Positions 23,831 through 34,949 of a DNA stretch of 64,000 bases are shown one piece after another; within the stretch, counting starts at the first letter, position 1; each line of letters opens with the position of its first letter. The notes beneath the pieces are model-generated. The model ran no database searches. It was not told the origin of the DNA and saw nothing but the letters and a program-made list of their open reading frames with translations. The position numbers and the translations under genes were made by a program. Origin of the DNA: Lophium mytilinum (Eukaryota); assembly GCA_010093605.1 (NCBI GenBank), contig MU004181.1:372001-436000 (forward strand), given 5' to 3'.

Positions 23831-24404
23831 ATGAGTACCCAAGATCAGCCTTCCGTAAGTTCCCTTTGCTTATATCATATCTACGTTGCAGTCCTTCCCC
23901 CGCGCAAGGCTCTAGCGCAAGAGACTGCGTGTTTGGCGGTATATCAAAGTATTCCAGATCTGTTATATTCATTCCAGTCCTCTTTCTAACTCTGCCTGCT
24001 GTAGTCCACCATCAACCGACGCCGCGTCAGTATGACGACGATCTCGGAGCGAACGGAAGAGAGCGAGGTACGTTTTTACCTTCGGAACATAGCTAGTACT
24101 TTGCCTAAACACAGAACAATAGGCAAGCAAAGCGGCGAAGAGCAGCCCCCAGCGCCACCCTGAGGCCCCCTCCTTCGTCCCCGGCCGCCACGCCCACCAC
24201 ACCGCCGCCATCTCCGCCGACCCGCCGCCCCCAACCCAACCTGCCCGCTCCCAGTTAGACCCCCGCGCGCTCGTCTTCTTGCCCGGTTGGAGTGCCCCCG
24301 TCTTCTTCTTCCTTGGTTGGAGCGCCCCCGTCTTTCTCCCTGGCTGGAGCGTCCCCGTCTGCTTCCCCGTCTGGAGCCCGGCATACATCGTAGATAGATA
24401 CTAG
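23831..24404 (+). CDS. Small 3-exon protein (~122 aa) with PAM2-like motifs and C-terminal 9-10 aa hydrophobic repeats
   Basis: Exons 23831-23854, 24005-24067 and 24123-24404 join in frame via GTAAGT..CTAAC..TAG and GTACGT..TAG introns: MSTQDQPS-STINRRRVSMTTISERTEESE-ASKAAKSSPQRHPEAPSFVPG...SQLDPRALVFLPGWSAPVFFFLGWSAPVFLPGWSVPVCFPVWSPAYIVDRY*. Not in the ORF track. Confidence 0.65.
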
Positions 24405-24408
24405 CTAG

Positions 24409-25220
24409 CGCCGTACTCAATCCAAGCGCTCTCATTTCGTCCTCTCTATGCTTCAGCCTTGGAGTGTTACTAGCATTGTCTGAGGTGGCCCAGTGAATTT
24501 ACAATCTGCTCACATTGATACCGCTAATATAGACTCGATTTTAACTATCAATGGTTTGTTGAGATCGCGCCCTACTGAAGTGAGACCGTTTTATATCGTT
24601 CTCTCTACGCTCTTGTCCTGGGGGGACTCTAGCACTGTTTGAGGTGGCCCAATGAGTTTCCAATTCGCTGATCTTTACATTGTTGATACGTGCTTGATTT
24701 TAACTATCAATGATTTGCTTTCATCAAAACGTGCTAATTCCCGCCCTACCCAAATCAAGCGTTCTCAAATCGTTCTCCCCATGCTCTTGTCCTAGAGTAG
24801 TTCTAGCACTGTATGCGGTGGCCTAACAAGTTTCGAGTTTGCTAATTCGAAACTGTTGAAATGTATTTGGTTTTGGATATCAAAGATTTGCTTTCGTAAA
24901 GTATGCGAGTACCCACCCTAGTCAAATGAAGTGCTCTCGTATCGTCGTCCCCATGCTCTTGTCTCGGACTGACTCTAGCACTGTTTGAGGTGGCCCAATG
25001 ACTCTACACTTCGCTGATACTGATACCAACGAAGTACACCTGATTTTAGGTATCAATGACTTACTTTCATAAGCGTATGCTAGAAATCGAGCACTCTCAT
25101 ATCGTCTTCCCCATGCCCTTATCCTGGAGTGACTCTATCACTGTTGGAGGTGGCCCAACGAGGTTACGATTGCCTAAGACTGACGCTAACGAAGTGCACT
25201 CGATTCTCACGTCCATGACA
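24409..25220 (+). repeat. Tandem array 1: five diverged 159-174 bp non-coding units, core TAGCACTGTTTGAGGTGGCCC
   Basis: GAGGTGGCCC-type cores start at 24482, 24641, 24815, 24987 and 25147 (spacing 159, 174, 172, 160). Other shared blocks: ATCGTYYTCCCCATGCTCTTGTC and GATTTTAACTATCAATGA. Confidence 0.92.
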
Positions 25221-25647
25221 TGATCTCCCCGCCTCGCCTCATAAATGCAACATAACGGAAAGTGCGCTATATGTGTGCCTTGATACAATCAGTCCCGTCC
25301 AGATTAGTGAAGGTCTATTGAAGACTCTCAGACGTCGGTATAAGGGCGTCAACCGAGCGATGGCAAGGCTATCCTTCACACGGTACTTGGGTCTTGAAGT
25401 GAAGTTCAATCACGTGCGTACACCCGAGCACGAGCTATATCTTCGCGACCCTCCACTACCTCCACCAACACCAAACATCATCACTGTCACCGACCTTGAG
25501 CGAGCCCTCTTCGTCGCCACCACGCCCCGACCGTCTCCCGTCTCGTTACCATTCAAGGCGAAAGAGGTACGCATCCACCAGCACCCTCTGCTATCACTTA
25601 CTGACTTTGAACCCCAGACCCCCCAAGCCGGCCCCACAGACCCCATC

Positions 25648-26460
25648 ATGGCCTCCGCCCTCGCCCTAAGCGCCGCCGACCTCATGCCTCTTCGCGCCTG
25701 GGAGCGCACCGACTCGCCCTTGCTTGCCCTCCCCCGCGAGCTCCGCGACGAGATCTGGGCCTACAGCGTCGACAGCGGCCCCGCGTTGCGTGTCTCGGCC
25801 TCCCGCAAGCACGGCGAGAAGTTGCTGATGATGGTTTCGGGCTCGGATGTCACCACCACGGCTGGAAACGGCGTCGAGACCGGCTGCTCCCTGGTGCTCG
25901 TGCGCAAAGAAGTCCGCAGTGAAGTTCTGCCCCTCATCTTCAAGACCTCGCTGGAAGGACTGGACTGGGCGCACATGGGCCGCATGCTGTCGAGCCTCCT
26001 CCCCCTCGTCCCGAATGCCACCACCCCTCCCACTGCGAGTGCCGTCACCCCTCTCGCCGCAGATGCCGCCACCACTCCCGCTCTTCCACGACCACTCCTC
26101 GAGCACGCTGGCCTGTACATCAGACACCTCATCATGCGAAGCAACGACGACGTCCTCACCCCAGCCACCCTCGCCGCCATCCTCCGCATCAACCACCTCC
26201 AAACCCTCACCCTTGTCGGGACCCGCTGCTGCCACGTCCACCACTTCCTCCATACGACGTCCAGCAATGCCTGCGACCACAGGACCTGCCCGGTATTTCT
26301 CCAACGCCAGGCGCAGACCACAGCCCTCGTCGTCCAACTCCGCACCGCGGGCGTCGACCTCAAGTTCAAGCGCGAAGGCGACGAGCTGTGGCCGCGGAGC
26401 CCCGGCGCCGTGACTCGTCTGACCTCGGCGGGACGGAAGATCAGCGTGGTGGATTACTAG
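25648..26460 (+). CDS. F-box-like/DUF7730-like protein, paralog 8 (intronless, GC-rich), between arrays 1 and 2
   Basis: Likely start MASALAL at 25648 in ORF 25273..26460; TDSPLLALPRELRDEIWAYSV and SLVLVRKEVRSEVLPLIF; Cys/His cluster RCCHVHH...CDHRTC; strong C-ending codon bias. Confidence 0.82.
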   Translation: MASALALSAADLMPLRAWERTDSPLLALPRELRDEIWAYSVDSGPALRVSASRKHGEKLLMMVSGSDVTTTAGNGVETGCSLVLVRKEVRSEVLPLIFKTSLEGLDWAHMGRMLSSLLPLVPNATTPPTASAVTPLAADAATTPALPRPLLEHAGLYIRHLIMRSNDDVLTPATLAAILRINHLQTLTLVGTRCCHVHHFLHTTSSNACDHRTCPVFLQRQAQTTALVVQLRTAGVDLKFKREGDELWPRSPGAVTRLTSAGRKISVVDY

Positions 26461-26514
26461 GGGATGATGACGGCGAAGGAGAAAAAGGAGAAGTAGTACC
26501 AGAGAAGAAGCAGA

Positions 26515-27880
26515 AATAGTACTAGAATACACCCTGTGCTTAGTGTTCCGATTGCTTGCTTGATATGCTGTTTTGATATAATATGCTATTACATATGCCG
26601 AGCACTCTGATATCTCGCTGCGCGGGTTTGCCCTTTGACTACTCGTTGCCACCGTCAAGAGTGGCCCTGCAACGGACTACTAAGGAGAGTGATACTAGTG
26701 TGCGCCTATGATCACTATTTGACCAATTTTCTTGTAAGGCCTTTTTTTATATACTATGCTGGGTCACATTCCCAAGTATACTAATTTCTTGCTGTATAGG
26801 TTCCGCCTTTAGACACTCGTTGCCACCGTTAGGAGTACCCCCAGCGGCGGAGCACAGCGGGCAGTGATACCATTATACCCTTGTATTCAATTTTCTATTC
26901 AATTGCTTGACATACCGTTTTTTGGGGTCAATTCTAGGACATATGCCTGGCACACCGATATCTCACTGCATAGGTTCTACCTTTGATTACTCGTTGTCAC
27001 CGTTAGGAGTAGCCCCTGCGGCGGAGCACAACGGAGAGTGATGCCAGTGTTTTTGAGATCACAGTTCGATCTGTTTTCTCGACATGCCTTTTCAGTATAC
27101 TATTTTGGGTCGTATATCTAGGTATACTGAGATCCCACCGCATCGATTCTGGCTTTGATCTCTTGTTGCCGCCGTCAGGAGTAGCCCCTGGAACAGACCG
27201 CAAACAAGGAATGATACTAGAACACACCAGTGGTTGCAGGTGCATTTGTCTACCTAACATGCCCTTTTGATTACTATTTAAGGTTAAACGTCCAGGTATA
27301 CGGATATCGTCCAGGGTGGGCTCCGCTTTTGATTACTCGTTGCCGCCGTCGGGAGTAGCCCCTGGGACAAACGGAAGACGAGGAAAAATACTAGAATACA
27401 CTATTAGTTGCAGTTGTATTTACTTTCCTGACACGGATATTGAATGATTATGCTAGGTTATTTGTCCAGGTGTATAAGTATCTCACAGCACGAGCTCGGC
27501 CTTTGATTATTTGTTACCACCGTCAGGAGTGGCCCCTAAAATACTGCAGAGAAAATGAGTACTGGATTGCACAGGTGGTGAGAATCGGATTGGTCTCTTT
27601 GACTTGCTATCTTGATATAAAATGCAAGTCTTTAGTCTAGGTACACCTATACCTTACTGCACGGGTTCGACTTTTGATCACTCGATACCACCGTCAGGAG
27701 TAGCCCCCAAAACACCGCGAACGAGGAGAAATACTAGATTGTATCAAGCTTCACAATTGCATTCGCCTTTTTAACTTGCGATTTTCATATGCAGTACATG
27801 TCCTCACTCAAGGTATACTTATATTTTACCATACGGATTCGATATTTGATCGCACGATACCACTGTCAGGAGTAGCCCCT
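26515..27880 (+). repeat. Tandem array 2: eight diverged ~173 bp non-coding units, core TTTGATTACTCGTTGCCACCGTCAGGAGTAGCCCC
   Basis: RCYGTY anchor at 26651, 26825, 26999, 27171, 27345, 27519, 27690 and 27862 (spacing 174, 174, 172, 174, 174, 171, 172). The core is much better conserved than the rest of the unit; no continuous ORF. Confidence 0.95.
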
Positions 27881-28377
27881 ACCACATCGCCTCCTCGTTC
27901 CAACCTTCGAAGCCCCACCAGCCGCCACAACCGCGCAAACAGGAGATGAATGTGCAATCTGCTTCTTGCCAACTGTTCTTTACAGACCAGTTACAATCTT
28001 GAGTTGCAGTCACATATTTCATCGAGACTGCATCAACCTATGGCTGAATACTGCAACCACTTGTCCTATGTGCCGGCAAGACGTCCGCAGTATCCCTCCG
28101 CGAAGAACACGTCCGCGAACTGTCCACACTGCTCCTTCACCATCAGCCGTACCTACATAGGCCAACGGGATTCCACCATCAGCTGTAGCTATACAGGCCA
28201 ACGTGCGTCTATCAGCACGCGTCTTGACCCCTCCTCACCTGCGAGGCTACTCGGATACGCCTACGCCCTCGTCGGGTCCCCGGCAAGTCTCCCCTATTCC
28301 AGCGGCCAACAAGATACAACCATTGCGAAACTTAACCCCTCTTCGCCTGCGAGGCTACAGAGTATGGCAGTGGTGAC
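27876..28377 (+). pseudogene. Headless RING-H2 (C3H2C3) E3-ligase fragment inserted between array-2 cores 8 and 9
   Basis: GDECAICFLPTVLYRPVTILSCSHIFHRDCINLWLNTATTCPMCRQDV (about 27942-28086). The frame opens right after TAG 27873-27875 of the repeat core, with no in-frame ATG before the domain. In-frame TAG at 28158-28160. Confidence 0.82.
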
Positions 28378-28384
28378 AATCTCA

Positions 28385-28503
28385 ACTATTTGCTTGATAC
28401 GACGTTTTTGATAGCAATGCTAGGTCATAAGTCTGGGCATATCGATATCTCATTGCACAGGTTGAACGTTTAATCACTCATTACCACCGTCAGGAGTGGA
28501 CCC
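28385..28503 (+). repeat. Ninth unit of array 2, displaced 624 bp by the RING-H2 insert
   Basis: ...GGGCATATCGATATCTCATTGCACAGGTT...TTTAATCACTCATTACCACCGTCAGGAGTGGACCC; anchor at 28486. Confidence 0.9.
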
Positions 28504-29292
28504 AGTATCAGATGTGCAGCCAGTCAAAAGGATGTATTAAGTATCGTATAAACCACGGAGGTCGCAGCACCACAACCTCGGGGGAGAACAAGGCAGCCAT
28601 GCGTGCATTCATCCTCATCTTGAAGTCCATGCCAAAGCCTCGGTCTTTCTCCTCAGACATATTTCGTTCCTCCAATCGCTTCTTCCTTCACCTCTTCCTA
28701 GCTGATGCTCGCGTCGATCTCTTCGTCCAACTGTCCGGATGCGGTCACTGGTCCCGTCGAAAATTGCCTCGACGCATCTCAGAAGACGCCAAACTGCGGT
28801 GCCGGAATCGCGCGACATGGCGGGTTCGTTCAGGAGGGGTCTCGTCAACCCGAGGTCGCTTTCCCACCCTCGTCGTCCTACGCCTTCATTTCACGTATCC
28901 CCGGGGATATTGAAGAGCCATTCGGACACAATAGACGGAACAGCGAAGGGGCTGAATGCGGCGTGCACCACGGAATCGGCATGGGAGACCTGAGGTTGGG
29001 CCGGGACTTTGGGCTCGGGGGGATGGTAGGCGGAGGCACCATCGGATATGATTGGTATGAGACCCTACTCTGGGGATGGATCAGCGCATATTGAGCGGCC
29101 GTGATGGCGTTTTGAGCGTCGTAGAGAGCGTCTAGAGCGAATTGAACGGTGACTGGGGGCGCGGGTGCCTGTAGTCCAGGCAGGAAGTCATTGGCGGGCA
29201 TCTGCAGTCCAGACAGGAAGTCAGACAGCAAGGCAAGTCTTCTTGTGTCGTTCCTAGTGCTCCTTCTGACAATCCTCCGAGCAGGACTTGAC

Positions 29293-29570
29293 GCATGACT
29301 TCGAGGGGAAGAAGTCGAGGAAACGGCCTGGATGCGGCGAGCGGTACCCTCGAAGATTGGCTCGAAGCCCCCGGAAGACGTCAAACGGTGATACCGAAAT
29401 CACGCGAGCTGGCGGGCTCGCTCAATAAGGATCGCGGAAGCATGACTTCGAGGGAGAAGAAGTCGAGGAAACGGTCTTGATGCGACGACCGTCCACTCGA
29501 GAATTGGCTCGAAGCCCCCGGAAGACGTCAAACGCGGTGCCGGAATCACGCGACTCGGCGGGCTCAGGAG
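29293..29570. repeat. ~147-bp direct duplication within a decayed minus-strand ORF region
   Basis: GCATGACTTCGAGGG...GAAGTCGAGGAAACGG...TTGGCTCGAAGCCCCCGGAAGACGTCAAACG starts at 29293 and 29440; weaker copies near 28735-28830 and 39957-39990. Confidence 0.85.
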
Positions 29571-32500
29571 GTCGGTAGACATGCCACAATATTCTCGAGA
29601 ATCTCTGCCCACGCGGACATGAGTCTTGAGGGTGAGCCGGGGTCGTGGCTTCGTCGATGAGAGCGTGCAAGATATCGAAATGTTTCGTGGGGTGGCGGTC
29701 GGTCATCTCTGCAAAGGTGCTCGCGTCATCTTTGCCGTCCTCGCTCCGCTTGTCGCTCAGACTCTATCGGACGTGCGTGTTCGGGCCATTTTCCGGATGC
29801 GGGATGCTCCATGTTGTGGACGCCATGTCCCTAGTCAACGCGTTGGATGCGAGGGGAATTTTGGCAGGGCGATGCAGGCAGCATGGCTCGTCTCAAACGT
29901 CGTCTTGAGTGGCATCGGCTTGGGTTGGCGAGCGAAGGCGGTGCTTGGTGCTGCAAAGAAGGTAGACAACAGAAATCTAAGTAATAAAGGATGTAGGTTG
30001 GTAAGGAGGAGGCGACTTTAGAAAAAAGGGAGATTTTGCGGGACATCTTCGGGCCCGGATGTCGTGCATACCTCCCATTCAATCGCGCATAACACCTAGT
30101 GCGAATAGGCTCACAATTAATTGGATAAGATAAACACTTAAAATTAGGCCTTCCCATAAATATATTTGCCAGGCTCAGAAGACCGTATAGAGGGGCTAGG
30201 TATAGTTATTAAGAGCTAGAGTCTATATACATTCATCCCGCTTATATATTAAAGCTATCCAGATCGCTACAGGAAGATCTTGCCACCAGAGAACTGCCCA
30301 AACCCATGCCTTGGTGTTGTACACCGACACAAAAGCCGAAGCGCGTCACGCTACCTTCCGTAGAATCTCTCTCGCGGCGATAAAATCTCTGAATAACGTA
30401 CCGCATGCTACCGAGCATCTACTAGCCGCGGAACACTGACCTATAACATGTCCGACACACAGTTCTTTTTCATAAGCCAACGACGCGCAAGGGTGTTCGG
30501 ACCAGTCCTCCGCTACTGCAGAAGGTACAGCGGCACGCCCCGAAGCTGGAACCTTATTAGATTACGCTCCTCCACTGTGAGCGCTCTCCCGCCTCTCCCC
30601 ACTAGTCGACGGCCAGCCGATCCCCCTCTCCCCACCATTCCTCATCTCGTTCTCTTCGGCGCCTAGAAAGAGCTCGGCGGCGGCGACGGGAGCTAGGTAG
30701 ACGTTGCCATTGTGTGGCTCCCCGCCGACACCCTGCGCTTGAATTGGAGGTGCCGCCAGCCAGAGAGTCTTTTGTCATACTATTTGGTCCGCTTCAACAC
30801 GAGTGCGCTATCTCTCAGAGAGGTCCCGAGGGATGGCAAATTCGAGTTGCTAATGTTTCATGGATAAGAACCAAATGAGTCAGTGGTAGCCCTATCGACC
30901 TCCTCCAGGCACCCAGGAGCAGCCCACGGAGTCGATATTTCTGGTCTGACTTTGCTGGTGCCATCCGGGTGGAGTGGGTGTCGAGATGGCCCTTGAGAGA
31001 CAAGCCGTAGAAAGTCGGAGAGAAAAAGAAAGAGCAGGAGGAGCTGGTATGAGATTTGAGACGGGTACGAGAAGACAGGAGAGGGGATACAGCGGCTGAA
31101 GAAGCAATCCGGCTACGTATCTACGATATGAGCAGCAGGTGGCGGGAACACCCGACTCTCTCAGATGAGCTACTTCAGAGGCCTCGCAGCGGAGTCCGCA
31201 AGCGACATCCCTTGAACTCGGCCTTCAAACTCAACGGAGCCAGCATCGATAGCCAACTCATTCGGATTAGTTCATCCATCGACGGGGATGAGCTCAGAAG
31301 CATATACGCACGAAAGCCGACATGGGTATAGAGGACAGAGAGGCTGAGGGTAGGTTTGTCCAGGAAGCAGTCAGTCCACCTAGATTTACTCCCGAGATCT
31401 ACAGCAGAGCCACCGCGTTGCATGACCTGCCGCGAAGAAAACCAAGCTACAGCGGCATAGTGCATAATGTAGCCGAACTCAATCAGAAACGGGGCATGTT
31501 GCCGTTCGCCTCGGCGGCGTATAACCGTGGAATCGAGGAATCCGGGAACGAGTGGACGTAGTATGAGTTGGCGGAAAGGACGCCCAGCCAGACGATATAC
31601 TATGAACGCAAACGCGAGGTTAGGTTCGGCGGGTCAATATCGCGCTGGAGAAGCGGCGAAGGGTTTCAACTCTTCAAACCATGCTGGAGAACGTCGAAAG
31701 GTGTCATTGGACTGTGCGAAGAGAACTGTAGCTATACCGGAATTGGTGAATCCATTGTATTGTTGCAATCACGACTCTTCTGTCACACTTGTATCATACC
31801 GCAATGCAAGCTACGGCCTAGTTAATGGGACATGGGGCTCTCAGTCTAAAAGATACGTTAAGACACCTCATAGAGCAGCATCTGATCATCCATTGGGACG
31901 GCGCTATCCCCAAAATCTAATCCACAATCAGAGCTCCCCTTGAGCACTGCCAATAGACCGCAGCGCAGCAAGCGGACCGGAGAACGTATGGCTGTCCTAG
32001 AAGTTTCAAAGCAAGCTAAAACACCTCACACGGTAGCATCCGACTTCAGGCGTGTCCGACCATCGTCTTGAGTGCCTCCAAGCCATATCTCTCAATCCAC
32101 CCACCCTCCTTCCCGCTTCTCTACAAGCGTGCCTGCAGTACTCCCGAGACGCCCATCCTACGCCAGATCTCCGCGCGCAACGGCCCCATCTGCAATGCCA
32201 TTCCAAGCCACCTGTATGTAGTGCGCGGCGTATATTTGCCTCGTGCCATTTTCTTTCAGGTCGGTCAACTGTATTAAGCATTAGCATCTCCGCTTCTGCG
32301 TACTCGGCCAATAGATAAAGGCGTAGCTCCGTCTATTCAAGGTACTGGTGGTGCCTTTGCCGGTCTAGGTTATTATAACTCTTACGAGGTTATGGTAAGA
32401 TAATCTACGAGGAGATAAAGAAGTAAAGTGGTAGTGAAGACGTGGTAAAAGGGCGGCGAGGAAGGATAAAGAGAGAAGAAAGGAACGGCGAAGAAGAAGA

Positions 32501-34949
32501 GATAAGAGTAAAGTTCCTTTCTAGCTAGTTAATACTTCCGTTAGATATTTCCCGATTTAAGCTACCCTACGCCCTCTAGTGCCTCTACAGCTGTCAATAA
32601 TGGATTAAGAGATGATTCTCTTTTTTATCTTATTAGCGAAGAGCATCATAATAGCAGCTAGCTGGAGATGCTGCCGCCATAAATCGCCTAGGTCTCGCTT
32701 AGAGCCTTCCCAACGTCTGGCATCCACTGGTGTTATAGTATGGGACTTGGCATAAGCACGGTCTAGTACCGGTATTCGGTGGATAGTAGAAGTAAGGTGT
32801 GCCCGAAAAGAGGAGTTTCCGAACGTTAGCGAAGGTATATCGGAGCCGCAGGAGGAGGGGATAGAGGAGAAATCTAGTAGATGAGTGCGCAGCCATAGCT
32901 AGTCTTAATATAATTATTACCTATGGTGTTGTAGATAGGGAATAGCAATTAACAGCGATATAATTTATTGCAAGCTTCAAGTGAACCGGGCAAGGGAGGT
33001 TATTGTCTAACCCTTCGGCGGCAGCTTCATACGAGCAGCCCTTGAAATAACATCACGCATATCGCCTCACTGTCCTCAATCATCATAGGTATCTTCATTG
33101 ATGACGATCCACCCCGGGTATACACTATCACCAGACGCATCGTTGCCGTTCTATCTGTTCCTGCACCGATTAAGTGGAAGTCCAAGCAAGAACAACGAAC
33201 AACCAGCCAGGGGAACTTACGATGAGGTTCCAGTCTTCTGTCTTATCGGTGACCGGTGAGGTGGCTGAACGCGGCGTCATGACAAGCCGGCCCATTTCTG
33301 TCTGGCCGGGTTCTTTGACTGCGCTGCGAATCGTCCGTTTCGCTGTAGTTTCGTCGGCGGGCGTCGGTGGGGTTCTCGGACTCGTGGATCTCGAATTGCG
33401 CACCCGTTTGCGGAGAGAGGGTGAGTGCGGTCTCTTCTGGCGCGTCCGAACATTTTAGTGGTGTGTGTTGGGGAGAAGGTGGAGAGGTAGGGGTGAGAGT
33501 GAGATGATGAGGTGAGGAATACTGGTGAGCAAGGCCAGACCAAAGGGCGCAGAGCCGACGGACCTCAGGTTCTTCGGGTGCTGAATGTGGTGGAGCGAAC
33601 TGAAGTAAAGGAGAATACTGGCGAGCCGACGACAGAAAAGATGGTTCCATGAGCTGGTTCCGGGAGTACACCTCGTCCACCTTCCCGTCTATGCTCTCAT
33701 CTGGGCCGGGCGGGTCGGGAGGAGTTGGACGGCCTCCGACAGGCTCGCCGACCCGGCGCGGTTGCGTGGGCGTGGGTCTATCGCGAAGTCTTCCTATGGC
33801 ATTACGAGCCGAGCAGAGTGCTTCCCATCGCCGGCTGGTATGAGCCACGGAGCTGCTGGTGGGGCGGGACGGGTGCCAAACTGGACGAAGATTGGTACGG
33901 GCTGGCGCAGGGCTGCATAAAGGAGGGTACGGGCGGAGGGGTTGCAAGGTTCTAGCCGCATCCGGGCATTTTCTGGCTGCGCGTGCGGCGCAGATTTCCG
34001 AATCGAAGTCTAGCCGTCGAGTCCAGACTGAGCATAAGGGCGCAAGGAGCGTGTACAAGATGCCGGAGGCCAGATTCATTGCATAGGTGCAGGTAGTAGT
34101 CTTTGTGACGGGCGAGAATGGCTCGGACTGCTTCCAGTCGGTCATCAAGGCTTCAAACAAGCTCAGCTGGTGAAAGAGGAGTGAGGAGGTTCGACATACC
34201 CAGCGCCTACATCGTGGTATGTACACGATGCTTTGGAACCTAAAACGCACCACAGTATAGTGGTGTACAGAGGTTGAAGCGGTGGTCATCACCGGATGCA
34301 TTGTCGTCGCTCTGGTAGTACCTGGATAGCGTTAGCGACCTCTGAACATAGACGTGAAACTAGAGTAGCAAGGAAACCGTTAACTAACAGGCATCGTGGT
34401 GCGTACGAGGAGCTTCTCCACAGAAGGGTACTTCTTTCTGGGCAGAGTTAGCAAGGGTCAACGAGTTATCCGAGCTGCGAGGTGTCAAGGACTTCACTTC
34501 GTGAAAGGATAGTGATAGGATAGATAGCTGGCGGTGAAAGGAGGATGTTTGCCGTCGGCGCGAAGATGAACGGCGGGATTGACGGTGATGCTCAGAAACT
34601 GTCACTCACTAGATCATGAGGCTTTCAAGCCTTGAGGTAAGAGCGTTGGCAGTCGAGATCCAGACGTAAAATCGATGCCCAGAAGACCCTCCATGTCGAC
34701 CGAGAGCTCTTCAACCTGAGGAAAGTTGGCGAAAGACATAGCTACAAGCCTTTGTTGAGAGGGCATAGTGCGGAAGTGCCGTCCCAACGCACTGATCCTG
34801 ACCACGCTCAGCGTATCCTTTGCCCGAGTTACAGCTGCCCTGACGATGCTGAGATCTCTGGGCAGGTACCCATCAAATAAGCTGATACGTTGGAGAGCAG
34901 GATAGCGTCCAGAGCAGATTGGACTGTGACCGCGGGAGCGGGCGTCTGC

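Noticed and set aside
25666..26658. 330-aa minus-strand ORF and other ORFs overlapping paralog 8
   Set aside because: Antisense/alternate-frame shadows of a GC-rich gene; the family motif is on the plus strand.
24409..27880. Arrays 1 and 2 as CRISPR arrays
   Set aside because: Eukaryotic context, no cas genes, degenerate cores, and the inter-core sequences are homologous to each other rather than unique spacers.
26630..27880. Array 2 as a 58-aa coding repeat (core reads FDYSLPPSGVAP)
   Set aside because: Stops occur within the units checked, and the 172-bp spacings break the frame.
26515..27880. Units as 5S rRNA, tRNA or box C/D snoRNA clusters
   Set aside because: No 5S sequence, no B-box, and no consistent RTGATGA/CTGA pair.
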